Source of the DNA: a virus
Strand: one strand, 5' to 3'
IMG/VR virus record: IMGVR_UViG_3300033141_003544
Span: 1-64,000 of that record
DNA length: 64,000 bases
The notes under the pieces are model-generated. The model had not been told where the DNA came from, did no database searches, and worked only from the letters and a program-made list of their open reading frames with translations. Below, piece by piece: positions 9,727 to 20,100 of the stretch. Within the stretch, counting starts at the first letter, position 1. Each line of letters begins with the position of its first letter. The translations under genes were made by a program, and so were the position numbers.

Positions 9727-10253
9727 AGTCACGGGCTTATGACTGTGATTTATGTAGACGCAGGGGGGATAATAAATATAGGATATGCTATCTAGACAGA
9801 GATGAATATGATATAGAAGTTCCTATATTTGGGGAAATTCCCGAGGGTAAACCAAATGTACAAGATTTTATTGCTCCTGAGGATTATGAAATAAGAAGAC
9901 TGACTAGTGATGAATTTCTAGATTTTGTATTTGAATTTGCGGAATTAAACCCAGGGTTACATTCAGTAGAGGTGATTTTGCAGATTATTAATACAGCAAA
10001 AAACAATAATGAAGTCTGTATGACTGCATTTGTTGACCCTTTAAGTAACTTTCTTATTGAATTAGAAGCAGCAGCTAATTATTACAATGTATTGCCCTAT
10101 GAGGGAGGGCTTTTGGATCAACCTCAATATATTTTGGATGCCTTCAAAATTATTAGAAGATCAGATAACATATATCAAATAAAGAAGGCGGAAAAAGATA
10201 AGAAAGCAGCAGAATTGGAAGCTAGAAAAACAGCACAAAAAAGGAAATTATGA
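9241..10253 (+). CDS. tail assembly chaperone frameshift fusion (gpGT-like); includes annotated ORF 9972-10253
   Basis: -1 frame reads RLDLLVYYLQW...YDCDLCRRRG...LPYEGGLLDQP with no stop. Confidence 0.8.
9666..9675 (+). promoter_or_regulatory. programmed -1 ribosomal frameshift site
   Basis: T TTA AAA AAC holds two overlapping XXXYYYZ heptamers in the ORF frame; -1 frame open 9675-10253. Confidence 0.85.
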
Positions 10254-10831
10254 TATACAATGGTGAATATGTGGAACTTATAGTTCCAAAGATTAAATTT
10301 TATCAAATAAAAGATATTACTGGACTGAACAAATATATAAATGAATATGTTAGGTGTGTAAAAAAATTTAATAAAGCTCTTGCAGGTTTTGGTCTTTCGG
10401 TATTGGATAAACAAACAGAAAGTAGGTTTGAAGTTGGAGGGATAGAAACCGGTACTACCCCTATTATCAATGAACGTTGGAAACCTTTATCATTATATAC
10501 AATTAGAAAAAGAATGAAGAAGTTTGGTGAAACTTTGGAAGAAAATACAAGGAGTGGTCAATGGATGGGGGACGGTTTAATTGATAATCAACCAATATTA
10601 AGATTAACAGGAAGGGGTAGAAAATCTATAGGTAAAATTGCTTTATTTCGTACTCCAGAAGGTAATATGGAATTGGTTTATGGAGTAAGAGGTATGCCAA
10701 GAGCGTATATGGGGGAACATCAAGAAGGTTCTGGTAGAATACCTGCAAGACCTTTTTTAGGTATTAGTGCATATATAGCAAAAACTATTTCTAAATTTAT
10801 TGATACATGGGCTAAAAAGGTGTTTACATAA
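10250..10831 (+). CDS. phage virion morphogenesis (tail completion, Mu gpG/P2 gpS-like) protein
   Basis: WKPLSLYT, ILRLTG, HQEG...IPARPFLGIS. Confidence 0.75.
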   Translation: MIYNGEYVELIVPKIKFYQIKDITGLNKYINEYVRCVKKFNKALAGFGLSVLDKQTESRFEVGGIETGTTPIINERWKPLSLYTIRKRMKKFGETLEENTRSGQWMGDGLIDNQPILRLTGRGRKSIGKIALFRTPEGNMELVYGVRGMPRAYMGEHQEGSGRIPARPFLGISAYIAKTISKFIDTWAKKVFT

Positions 10832-13800
10832 TGGGAAGCAAACTTTCAAAGAGTTTACACGTAAAGATGGTTTTAAAGGTTACTGGTGAAAAACAAGCCA
10901 AGGAATTAGTAAGCGAATTAAAAAAGATAGCTGGTGCTGAAGGTAAAGTTGATATTGCTTCAGGTAAAATGGGCAGATCTCTTAAAGGTGCTGCAGAGGG
11001 GATGGATAAATTAAACAAGAAAACGGAAACTTATCGAAGGAAAGCAGGAAAGATAAGAGGACATACTGAAAGATGGCAGCATGAAGTGGGTAGGTTACGT
11101 AATATAATCTTGTTGGCAACATTTGCTTTGGGAGGTTTTGTAGCAGCTATGACTAAAGCTGTTCAAGCTTCAATTCAACAAGAGAATGCTTTATTAGGTT
11201 TGACTGCTGTTGCAAGTGCTGTTGGAGAGTCAATTGGGGGAGTAACAAAAGCAGCTATAGAATTAACTGAAACAGGTTTGTTGAGTATACATGAAGCAGC
11301 AGCAGGTTTGAAGAATTTATTGTCTAAAGGTTTTGGTATGAAAGAGGCAATGGATATAATGAAAGCTTTTACTGATGTTGCTGCATTCAATAGACAAGGT
11401 ATGTTGGGAATAGGTGAAGCGGTTGTTGGAGCTACTGAAGGATTAAAAAATGAGATGTCAATGAAGGTTGATAATGTTGGAATTACAAAAAATTTGTCTA
11501 TAATGAATAAAGAATACGCAGACACTATAGGTACAACAGCTTTAAAATTAAATCAAGCTCAAAAAAATCAAGCACAATATATTGGGGTTATGAAAGAATG
11601 GGCAATTTTTGCTGGTAATGCTGAAAAGTTAACTCAAACTTTCTCTGGAGCTCTTAGTAAATTAGGTGTGATGATGTTTAATCTTAGGGCTGAAATGGGT
11701 TTTAGACTTCAGCCTATATTGAAAGATGTTGTTAATATTTTGACAGAAAATGCAGCAGCTACTAGAAAATGGGTAATGGCCAATAAAGAAATGATTGAAC
11801 AGAAGATTGCAGCATTTTATGTACACGTTAAAGTTGCATTGGAGGGTATAGTTGCTCTGCTTAAAGTGTTATATACTGTAATAAAACCATTAGAGGGGGC
11901 ATTTGCAACTCTTGTATGGTCTTTAGCTAAAGGTTTTGTAGGTTTTAAAGCCCTTAGTCCCTTAATTAGGGTGGGTACAAAGAGTTTTACCGCTTTTAAA
12001 GAAGCCGCAGTAACAACAGCACCATCTGTTGGAATATTAACAAAATCTTTGAAAGGTTTGAAAGCTGCATTTATGAGTCTTAATCTTTGGTTTGTTGGTA
12101 TAACTGCTGCGTTGTTTGCTTTTGAATATATTTATAAAAAATTTAATAAAACTACAAAAGATGTCACTGAAACACAAAAAAGAAAAATACCCTATGATTA
12201 TCAAGAAATAGAATTAATCAGACAAAAATCGGTAGAACTCAATAAATTAATAAAAATAACAGAAAATATAAACAAAAAAACAAAAGAAAGAATAAGTCTA
12301 CTTTCTGGAGAAATTCGATCATTACAAGCTATTTCTATACAAAAATATATGGATTCTTATGGTGAAATGATTGATATTATGGGAGAAGAGGTTTCTGTTA
12401 CTAGTTTGCTTACAATGGACAAAAAGAAACTCGCTGAAGCACATAAAAGATTAACAGAACAAATCAAGATTCAAACTGAGTTTTATGAGAAGGCTCATAT
12501 AGCTAAAGTTAGGGATAAAGTGGCTAATGATAGATGGCTTAAACAAATGGATGATATAGTAATTCAAATGAATAGGATAAATAAAGCCGCTACAACCGCG
12601 ACAGGTCGAATAGTTCGTACCCCAGAACAAGAACGAGCTTTTCAAGAGTTACGTGCAGAGTGGAATAGGTTGAATGCTTTAGTTCTTGAATACGAAGCTA
12701 ATCTCAAAATAGCAGCTAAAGGGGGTAAAGCTTTAGCGGAAATGAAAGATCGTTTGAGATTGATTGGTGGGGCTATGTTAGGACTAACAAAGAAAAGTGA
12801 AGAGGCTATAAAACCTATTGGAGAACTATCTCAAAAGCTAAAAGATCTTCAATTCCGTTTAAATACGATGAGGGATGATATAAAGAATGCTTTTGAACCT
12901 TCTCCTATAACAACTTATGACAAACTATTGAAGGCTCATGATGATACTGTTACAAGATTGATTAAAGCTTATGACAGTTTAAAACATGCTATAGAGAAAT
13001 CAGGGGAAGAGGGATCAGAAAAATTGCTTGAGGATCTTTCTGTATTGAAAAAAGAAATATATAAAGGATGGATGGAAGAATACCCTGAATTTAAAATTGA
13101 ATTTGCATATGAAGATTTATCTCAAAGTCTTAGAACTGCAATGAAATATGCTAGAGCTGAAAAGGTTTTGGCTGAGTATCTGACTGGTCCTGCTGCATTA
13201 GAAGCATCAAAAAGAGGTGCTAAAAGATATGCTGAACGGGTTATGGAAGCAATTGAGAGAACAATAGAAGGGATTCCAACAGAAGAAGGGAAAATTGAGT
13301 TTAGAATGATGATACCTGAGAGTTTAGAAAACGATATAAAACTGGCTACAGCTCATAGTGATGCATTAATAAATGTAAAGAAATCCTATTATGATAAAGT
13401 TTCGGCAATGGATGAACGGTATTTAGAGTGGGAAAGAGAAAGAATTAAAACAAGAGAGAAAGTGGAAAGAGATCTCCTTGATGTATTACTTTATACTCAT
13501 CAAGCAGGTTATGTTAGTTTTAAAGCATATAAAGGTTTAGAAACAGGTGTTGCATTGGAAGCAGAGAAATTAGCTAAATCTTTATTTGATAAAGATATGA
13601 GAAGACAAATCACTCTTTCAAGGGTAGCTATGAATGTGGCTAATTCAGTAGCTGCTACAGCTGTTCAAGCTATAGCTGATGTAGCTAAAGTAAAAGCAGC
13701 AGATGCTTCTGTGGATGCCTTATATTGGTTTTCTCAAGGACTTATGGGACGTCCAGGAGCTTTTGCAGCAGCAGCAGGGGCGGCTAAAGCAGCAGTGGGT

Positions 13801-14151
13801 TATGGAGCTTTAGCTGGTGTTGCTTCGGGAGTAGCTTCAGGGTTTACTTCAAGAATTAATGAATACAAAGGTGTAGGTGGAGGAGAGGTTGCTGTTGAAG
13901 CTCCAGGAGCTGTTCCAACTGCACCTACTGGGATTATTATACCTCCAACTGGGGGTTTAGATTTAGCTTATAATCCTTATAAAAAACCTGAACTTGAAAA
14001 ACCTTCGGGTGTAAATGTTACTATTGATATGAGTGGTTCAACTTTTGTAGGTGCTGGGGACGCAGAAACTTTAGCTCCAATGATAGCAAATGCGGTCAAA
14101 GAAACAGTCAATGAGGGAATTGAAACGGGTGAAATAAACATTAAAGATTAA
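10831..14151 (+). CDS. tail tape measure protein
   Basis: 1106 aa, helical A/K/L/G-rich, hydrophobic central segments, follows chaperone genes. Confidence 0.9.
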   Translation: MGSKLSKSLHVKMVLKVTGEKQAKELVSELKKIAGAEGKVDIASGKMGRSLKGAAEGMDKLNKKTETYRRKAGKIRGHTERWQHEVGRLRNIILLATFALGGFVAAMTKAVQASIQQENALLGLTAVASAVGESIGGVTKAAIELTETGLLSIHEAAAGLKNLLSKGFGMKEAMDIMKAFTDVAAFNRQGMLGIGEAVVGATEGLKNEMSMKVDNVGITKNLSIMNKEYADTIGTTALKLNQAQKNQAQYIGVMKEWAIFAGNAEKLTQTFSGALSKLGVMMFNLRAEMGFRLQPILKDVVNILTENAAATRKWVMANKEMIEQKIAAFYVHVKVALEGIVALLKVLYTVIKPLEGAFATLVWSLAKGFVGFKALSPLIRVGTKSFTAFKEAAVTTAPSVGILTKSLKGLKAAFMSLNLWFVGITAALFAFEYIYKKFNKTTKDVTETQKRKIPYDYQEIELIRQKSVELNKLIKITENINKKTKERISLLSGEIRSLQAISIQKYMDSYGEMIDIMGEEVSVTSLLTMDKKKLAEAHKRLTEQIKIQTEFYEKAHIAKVRDKVANDRWLKQMDDIVIQMNRINKAATTATGRIVRTPEQERAFQELRAEWNRLNALVLEYEANLKIAAKGGKALAEMKDRLRLIGGAMLGLTKKSEEAIKPIGELSQKLKDLQFRLNTMRDDIKNAFEPSPITTYDKLLKAHDDTVTRLIKAYDSLKHAIEKSGEEGSEKLLEDLSVLKKEIYKGWMEEYPEFKIEFAYEDLSQSLRTAMKYARAEKVLAEYLTGPAALEASKRGAKRYAERVMEAIERTIEGIPTEEGKIEFRMMIPESLENDIKLATAHSDALINVKKSYYDKVSAMDERYLEWERERIKTREKVERDLLDVLLYTHQAGYVSFKAYKGLETGVALEAEKLAKSLFDKDMRRQITLSRVAMNVANSVAATAVQAIADVAKVKAADASVDALYWFSQGLMGRPGAFAAAAGAAKAAVGYGALAGVASGVASGFTSRINEYKGVGGGEVAVEAPGAVPTAPTGIIIPPTGGLDLAYNPYKKPELEKPSGVNVTIDMSGSTFVGAGDAETLAPMIANAVKETVNEGIETGEINIKD

Positions 14152-14273
14152 TGGCTTTTAATTAATTATGGTTTGTCTTTTAAGGGCTTATCATAATAAG
14201 AGGCAAAGCCTTGTAAGTTAAAACCCTTCCCCAATTTTTTGTTAGGGAACAATTATTATTTTGAGAAATAAAA

Positions 14274-15503
14274 ATGTCTTTTACAAACGAAACATTTTAC
14301 GCAATGGGGGTTGCTGCTCCCATACCAAACTATAGATTTATTCAAGGTTCTATTGTAGAAGGAACTTTGAATGGTAGTCATGAGAATATTAATACATTAA
14401 CTATCAATACAACTTCCCCTGATATAAGATTTTATGTTGTTGGATATGATGATTATCCTTTATTCCCGGATAAAGTAATAATAGGTCCAAGTAGTTATGA
14501 TGACGAACATCAACCTAAAGGTGCAACTGAAGAATGGATTATAAGAGATGCAACTTCTTCAACTAGCTTAACTTTATTAAGGAAAGAAAATGAAACAACT
14601 TTGAGGTATAAATATAAAGATGGTGATCCTTTTACTATTTATAGTCATAGATTTCCTCAAGGTTGGACTACTACTAATGATTACGGAAACATAATAACAT
14701 ACCCTTTAAATCAATTTGTTCCTGAAGAGAATATATTTTTTGGTGAAAGATCAATGTTTGATGATTTTTCATTTAATATGAAAATGACTTGTAATTGGAT
14801 TCCATTAATAAATGATGTTAATGTAAGTTTATCTTTAGGGGATATTTTAAAATCTAATACTGTTTATAGATTAGGAATAAGATATAAAGGTTATTGTGAA
14901 ATAAGCAAATATACTTATTTATATGTAGATGCGGAAGATAGTATAACAGAGGATCGGATACGGATATCTAAAACAAGTGGATGGGCTACTAATGTTGATG
15001 ATGCAGAATGGAATGAGGATACTGGATATGGACTTTTTTCTGGGACTGAGGATACTTCAGATTTGAATATTACTATAACTACACATTATGAGACTACTGA
15101 TGCTAGACCTCTTTATTTAAAATTTGACTATATTTTTTTAGAACATGCTGCTGAAACTTCTGGTGAAGATGAAGGAGTTTATACTTTTACAGAGCAACCT
15201 GCAATGGGTAGTACTGGTTATACTTTTAGAGAAACTGCTGATGAACATTCAGATATACAATATAAAAGTAAAAGATTTAACTGGTATGGTATGTTTGAAA
15301 ATGTCTCAACCTCTTTCTATAAAAATTTAATGGTATTAGATTATTATCAAAAATTGGGACACAAAATGTTCTTTCATACCAATGAAGAATTTGGAAGTAA
15401 TCTACCTCCATTATTAAAAGGGATATTTAAAATTTCAAATTTAACTCAAAAACATTGGGACCCTAAAAGGTTATCTTTTAGGTTTGATTTTTTAGAGGAG
15501 TAA
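14274..15503 (+). CDS. putative distal tail protein, paralogue A
   Basis: First gene after tape measure; shares termini and internal motifs with next ORF. Confidence 0.6.
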   Translation: MSFTNETFYAMGVAAPIPNYRFIQGSIVEGTLNGSHENINTLTINTTSPDIRFYVVGYDDYPLFPDKVIIGPSSYDDEHQPKGATEEWIIRDATSSTSLTLLRKENETTLRYKYKDGDPFTIYSHRFPQGWTTTNDYGNIITYPLNQFVPEENIFFGERSMFDDFSFNMKMTCNWIPLINDVNVSLSLGDILKSNTVYRLGIRYKGYCEISKYTYLYVDAEDSITEDRIRISKTSGWATNVDDAEWNEDTGYGLFSGTEDTSDLNITITTHYETTDARPLYLKFDYIFLEHAAETSGEDEGVYTFTEQPAMGSTGYTFRETADEHSDIQYKSKRFNWYGMFENVSTSFYKNLMVLDYYQKLGHKMFFHTNEEFGSNLPPLLKGIFKISNLTQKHWDPKRLSFRFDFLEE

Positions 15504-17140
15504 TGAGTATACCAATAATGGCATTAGGTGTTGCTGCACCTATAATTAACCCTAAATTTCAAGAAGGAACCCATTTTAGAGGAAAGGTTTCTGGTACTAT
15601 AAATGCTGATGCTACATCGGGAACATTTAACAATATTAATGTTCCTACAACTAACTATGGTGGAGTTGAACTAGACAAAATACTTTTACCAGGAGACATA
15701 GTAGAATTAGGTCCTAGCACAAATACTACTTATAAAGGTTTAAGTGAATTAGTTACTGTTAGAAATGTTGATGGAAATACTATAACTTTTATAAATAGTT
15801 TAAGGTATCCTTATGCGGATAGTGACTGCATAAAAGGTATAGGACGTGCTTTAGCAGGAGGTTGGGGACATTATGTATATCCATCTGTTCCTCCTGATAT
15901 TACAATGCTAGGAATTCATAATTATCCTCCAAGACCTTATAGTCCTCCTCATATATTAAAAGACTATCTTGGTCACATGAACTATCAGAAATTTGAGGCA
16001 ACTACGGAAGGTTTGACTTCTGGAAGTAGGTCATTCTATATATTTCAGTACTTCGTAAATGAGGAAGACAGAAAATATAGACCTCTTATGGAAAATACTA
16101 TATATAGGTTTGGTATGTATTATAAAGTTAGTTTTGAGGGAGGGTCAAATAGTAATAAAATAGGGTTCTGGTCAAATGATGGTGAAGGGGGTTTCTTTAC
16201 CCTTGGAAGGGATGTTTTAACATACGGTGATCTGTCTTCTCAAACTGTTATAGGAACTTTTTCTACTGGTGAGACAGGTGAAACTTTTGATGATTTCTAT
16301 GCTAGGGCACAACAGGAGTTGGATAATTTATCAATTGAAGGAAGTACTAAAGCCATTTGGGATATGTGGGATCAGATTTACACTATATACTTAGAACGGT
16401 ATAAGTCTACAGATTATCCAAGTTATGACTTGACTAGTTTTTCGAAAATGGCTAAATTAAGAGAAACATATATAGGGACAAGAGCTCTTTCACAGACTGA
16501 AGAAGAAGACAATTATGAGATAACTAAATGGCATTTTTACAACAATACAGCTAGTACTTCTGTCAGTTATTCAAGATATGGGGAACAGTCCTTGATTATA
16601 TTTTTGAGTCTGAATTATAGAACAGATTATACTGATACGGCTAAAGCTAGTATTAATTCAGTTTTTATGGAACATGCAAAAATGTCTGATGGAGAGGACA
16701 ATGGAGTTTATTATTTTACATCCGATGGTACATCTTCTGGAACTCCTATATTGCCAAATATTAATAGAAGATGGAGACGGATAGAAAGTAGAAAAGATAT
16801 TAGACTGGGAGAAGGTTATAGGGTTAGTTATGAAACTAAAGGTTATTCCTATAGAAGGTGGAGAATAGATTATAATTTTACTTGGGTGCCTGAAAGTTTT
16901 TTGAAGAATTTGGATGTATTTCTAACTTGGCAAAGAATGGGACATAAATTAATATTGCATACAGGAGAAGATCATTTGATTGATAGTGTTGAAGTAGAGG
17001 GAGAACAGATGGTAAACGATTCAGGACTCCCACCATTCTTAATAGGAAATTTGCAAGTAAATGGATCAAATCGGCCATTAAATGATATGACAATTAAAGA
17101 TTTGACAATAACATTTATAGAGAGTGAACATGGCTATTGA
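15503..17140 (+). CDS. putative distal tail protein, paralogue B
   Basis: GVAAPI.N..F..G, FLEHA/FMEHA, F.KNL...GHK...LPP shared with 14274-15503. Confidence 0.6.
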   Translation: MSIPIMALGVAAPIINPKFQEGTHFRGKVSGTINADATSGTFNNINVPTTNYGGVELDKILLPGDIVELGPSTNTTYKGLSELVTVRNVDGNTITFINSLRYPYADSDCIKGIGRALAGGWGHYVYPSVPPDITMLGIHNYPPRPYSPPHILKDYLGHMNYQKFEATTEGLTSGSRSFYIFQYFVNEEDRKYRPLMENTIYRFGMYYKVSFEGGSNSNKIGFWSNDGEGGFFTLGRDVLTYGDLSSQTVIGTFSTGETGETFDDFYARAQQELDNLSIEGSTKAIWDMWDQIYTIYLERYKSTDYPSYDLTSFSKMAKLRETYIGTRALSQTEEEDNYEITKWHFYNNTASTSVSYSRYGEQSLIIFLSLNYRTDYTDTAKASINSVFMEHAKMSDGEDNGVYYFTSDGTSSGTPILPNINRRWRRIESRKDIRLGEGYRVSYETKGYSYRRWRIDYNFTWVPESFLKNLDVFLTWQRMGHKLILHTGEDHLIDSVEVEGEQMVNDSGLPPFLIGNLQVNGSNRPLNDMTIKDLTITFIESEHGY

Positions 17141-20100
17141 TACTAATATTATTGATATATTTGACCAACCTAATTTAAGTTTTGAAATTAGGTTATATAT
17201 TGAAGATAGTGGAAATGAAGATAGAGACCCTGAATATGTAGATTTTACAAATAGATTAGCTTATAAAGGAAAAGACCTTCTTAAACGGTTGGGATCAATT
17301 ACTCAGTCTGCTGAAGGTAAATCAGGAACTGCTTCATTTACTTGTTCTATTAACAATATCGAAGTAGACAATAGTGACGGTTTTTGGAATAAACCCATAG
17401 AAAGAGGCCCTGGGGGACTTATTAGAAGGAACTATCCTACTATTTTAACAACAGTCAATGGTAATGTTGCTTATTTTACTTTGACTAAAAATTATACTCA
17501 AAATGTATGGCATAAACATAAAGTGAAACTAGTGATTTTTGCTATGGGAAATAACGGGATGGTTTATGAGGATGATTTAATTGTTGCTGTAATTAATGAT
17601 ATTACTAGATCGGACAACAGGGATAGAGCTAGTATTTCTTTATGGAGTATGTCTATGCCTTTGAAAAAACTAGATGTTAGTACAGTTAGGGATGGTTTGA
17701 GTTGGTGGAATAATAAACCGATTAGTTTTCTTGTAAGAAAACTGCTTGAAAAAGAATATGGAACCATTCCAGATAACTTTGTTTTACCTGATTTAATTAG
17801 TATACCCACTTCTAAAAGACTGGATAGAAGGTATGGAGAAGCAAGGGTATTAAGCCAATACGGTAGGCCTCCTGAATATAATTTAGAAAGTGAAGTATGG
17901 GAAAATTTGGGATTGACTTGTAGAGCAATAGAAAAATGGCAATGGAATGAAGAAGGACCTAATGGTAATATAACTTCTGGTAAGGTATTAATTGAATCTA
18001 ATAATGCTACTGAAATAAAATGTGAAATGGGTGTAAAATCTGGAGCAAGTGGACTGTTACCACGAGCTGGAGATGTTTTAACTATTCTACAAGATGATAC
18101 TTATGGGAATACTGGTAGTTATACAATAAGAAGTATTACCGAAGGGTCTGCAGTTGGATTAGATACTGTTGAATTGGAAACCCCTCTTACTGGACTAGCA
18201 AACGATAATAATAAATTACCGTTTGTGATAAATAGGATATATACGGGATGTGATAACCAGTTATGGGAATACCTACCTGACAGAGATGTTTACAATAAAA
18301 TAGCGGATGTTTTTACAGATGATAGTTTTTATATAAGGAGGTTATGGTATAACCCGAATGATAACTGTATATGGGGGGCAGCTTGGCAGGATCCATCGGA
18401 CTATGGTTATGTAGACACTGATAATAATATTATTCCAGACAGTAGAAAAGATATTAGACTAAAAATATTCTATTATGATGGTTCTTCTACAACTATTACA
18501 AATACTATTGATGATGTATTTATAGGTGATTTTTTATATAGGGATAGTAGGAGTCATATTCATTATAAATACCCAGTGTGGGCTTGTACAATTGGGAATT
18601 ATGAGGATTCAGCCGGAACCTTTGCTGATACAGCAGAGAACGTGGTGCTCCCCTTTAGACAGGGGATTGTTCCTTGTAATATAGCTGGTTCTGACAAAGA
18701 TGTAGAAGACGGTGGTAAAATTGGAGGAGTAGGCTATGCATATGGTCCAGAACCTCATCAATGGAATGAAGGAGGTTGGGGACAAATACATGTGCATGGT
18801 TTGAATACTACTGCAGCTAATGCAAAACCACACACAATCAATGGTTTTGCTGGAGGAATGGGTGTCATAGAAGAAATTCATGCACTTTGGAATGATACAG
18901 AATATACTACTCCACGACAAGATAATACAGATTTACCGGCAGATTATTACACTGTAAAGGAATATTATAATCTACTTGATTTTAACGCTCCTGGTCAAGC
19001 AGAACCAGAACCTGAAAGTATATGGTGTAGAACTACTTTAGGTCAAACTGGTTTTTGTGTATTTAACAAAAACGGTGGATCGGTGGACAGTAATGGGGTT
19101 ATTTGGATATTCAAATTAATTTACGATGATAATCACGTTGACGGAATGTTAAAATTATACACAATAGGTTTGACTTCTCCTTATACTGTTACACAACAAA
19201 CTGGAACTATTACTGGTAGTGGAAACCTTGTAAATAAAGACGATGGTACTGGTGAAACACATATATACTATGACGAGGATACAAATGGTTGGGAGTATTC
19301 TGATATGCAGAGCATTCAACCTTTATGTGGATGCCCACCTCCAAATGATGAAGAAGGTTGTGTATTTAGTTATATTTCTTGGAGTGGGGTTGATACCCAC
19401 CCAAACCCAGTGGGGAATCCTACTCCAACAGGGGTCACTGGTATAATTCAATTTCAAGTAGATAGTAATAGAATAACTTTATTTGAATCCCCACACAATA
19501 CAAGTAGGGATGGTTTTTATACCCCTTTAGAAATGGTTCCAGTCCATTCCAGTAGTAATACATATATCTCAGTTTCCGGTTTTATTAGGTCAAAATTAGG
19601 TACAAACGAAGCTTATGCTTTAAGTAAATTTTTATGGGATTCATATAATAGTACAGCTCCTTCAAAAGTGTATAGGACTAGACCTCCTATGAGATTAGTT
19701 GGAAATCATGAGACCAGGTTAAAAGATGTAGACTCTTCTAATGCTACTGAAATCGTTTATTTTGTTGAAGGAGGTTCTGGGGCTTTATGTACTTATAATG
19801 TTACCGATTATTCAATTTCAGTAAAAGATTATGGAGCTCCTATTGTAGATGGTGAAGTATACTGTGGATCTAATATAATTGTAGATAAAATAACTAGAAC
19901 TAGAGATGAAAATGACGATAGTGCAGATGACAGAAAAATTTATTTTAATGAAACTGTATGGGGAGTATCATCTAGTACTCCAATGCAAGAGGCTATGGTA
20001 GAACCTCCTTCTGGTAAATTTTATCTTTGGAAATTTGATTGTTATATGAGTGGAAGAATTGAATTGGCTAATTTTGAAGGAATGAATGCATGGGAGGGTT

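Noticed and set aside
14152-14273. Terminator after tape measure gene
   Set aside because: Only imperfect hairpins without a clear downstream U-tract.
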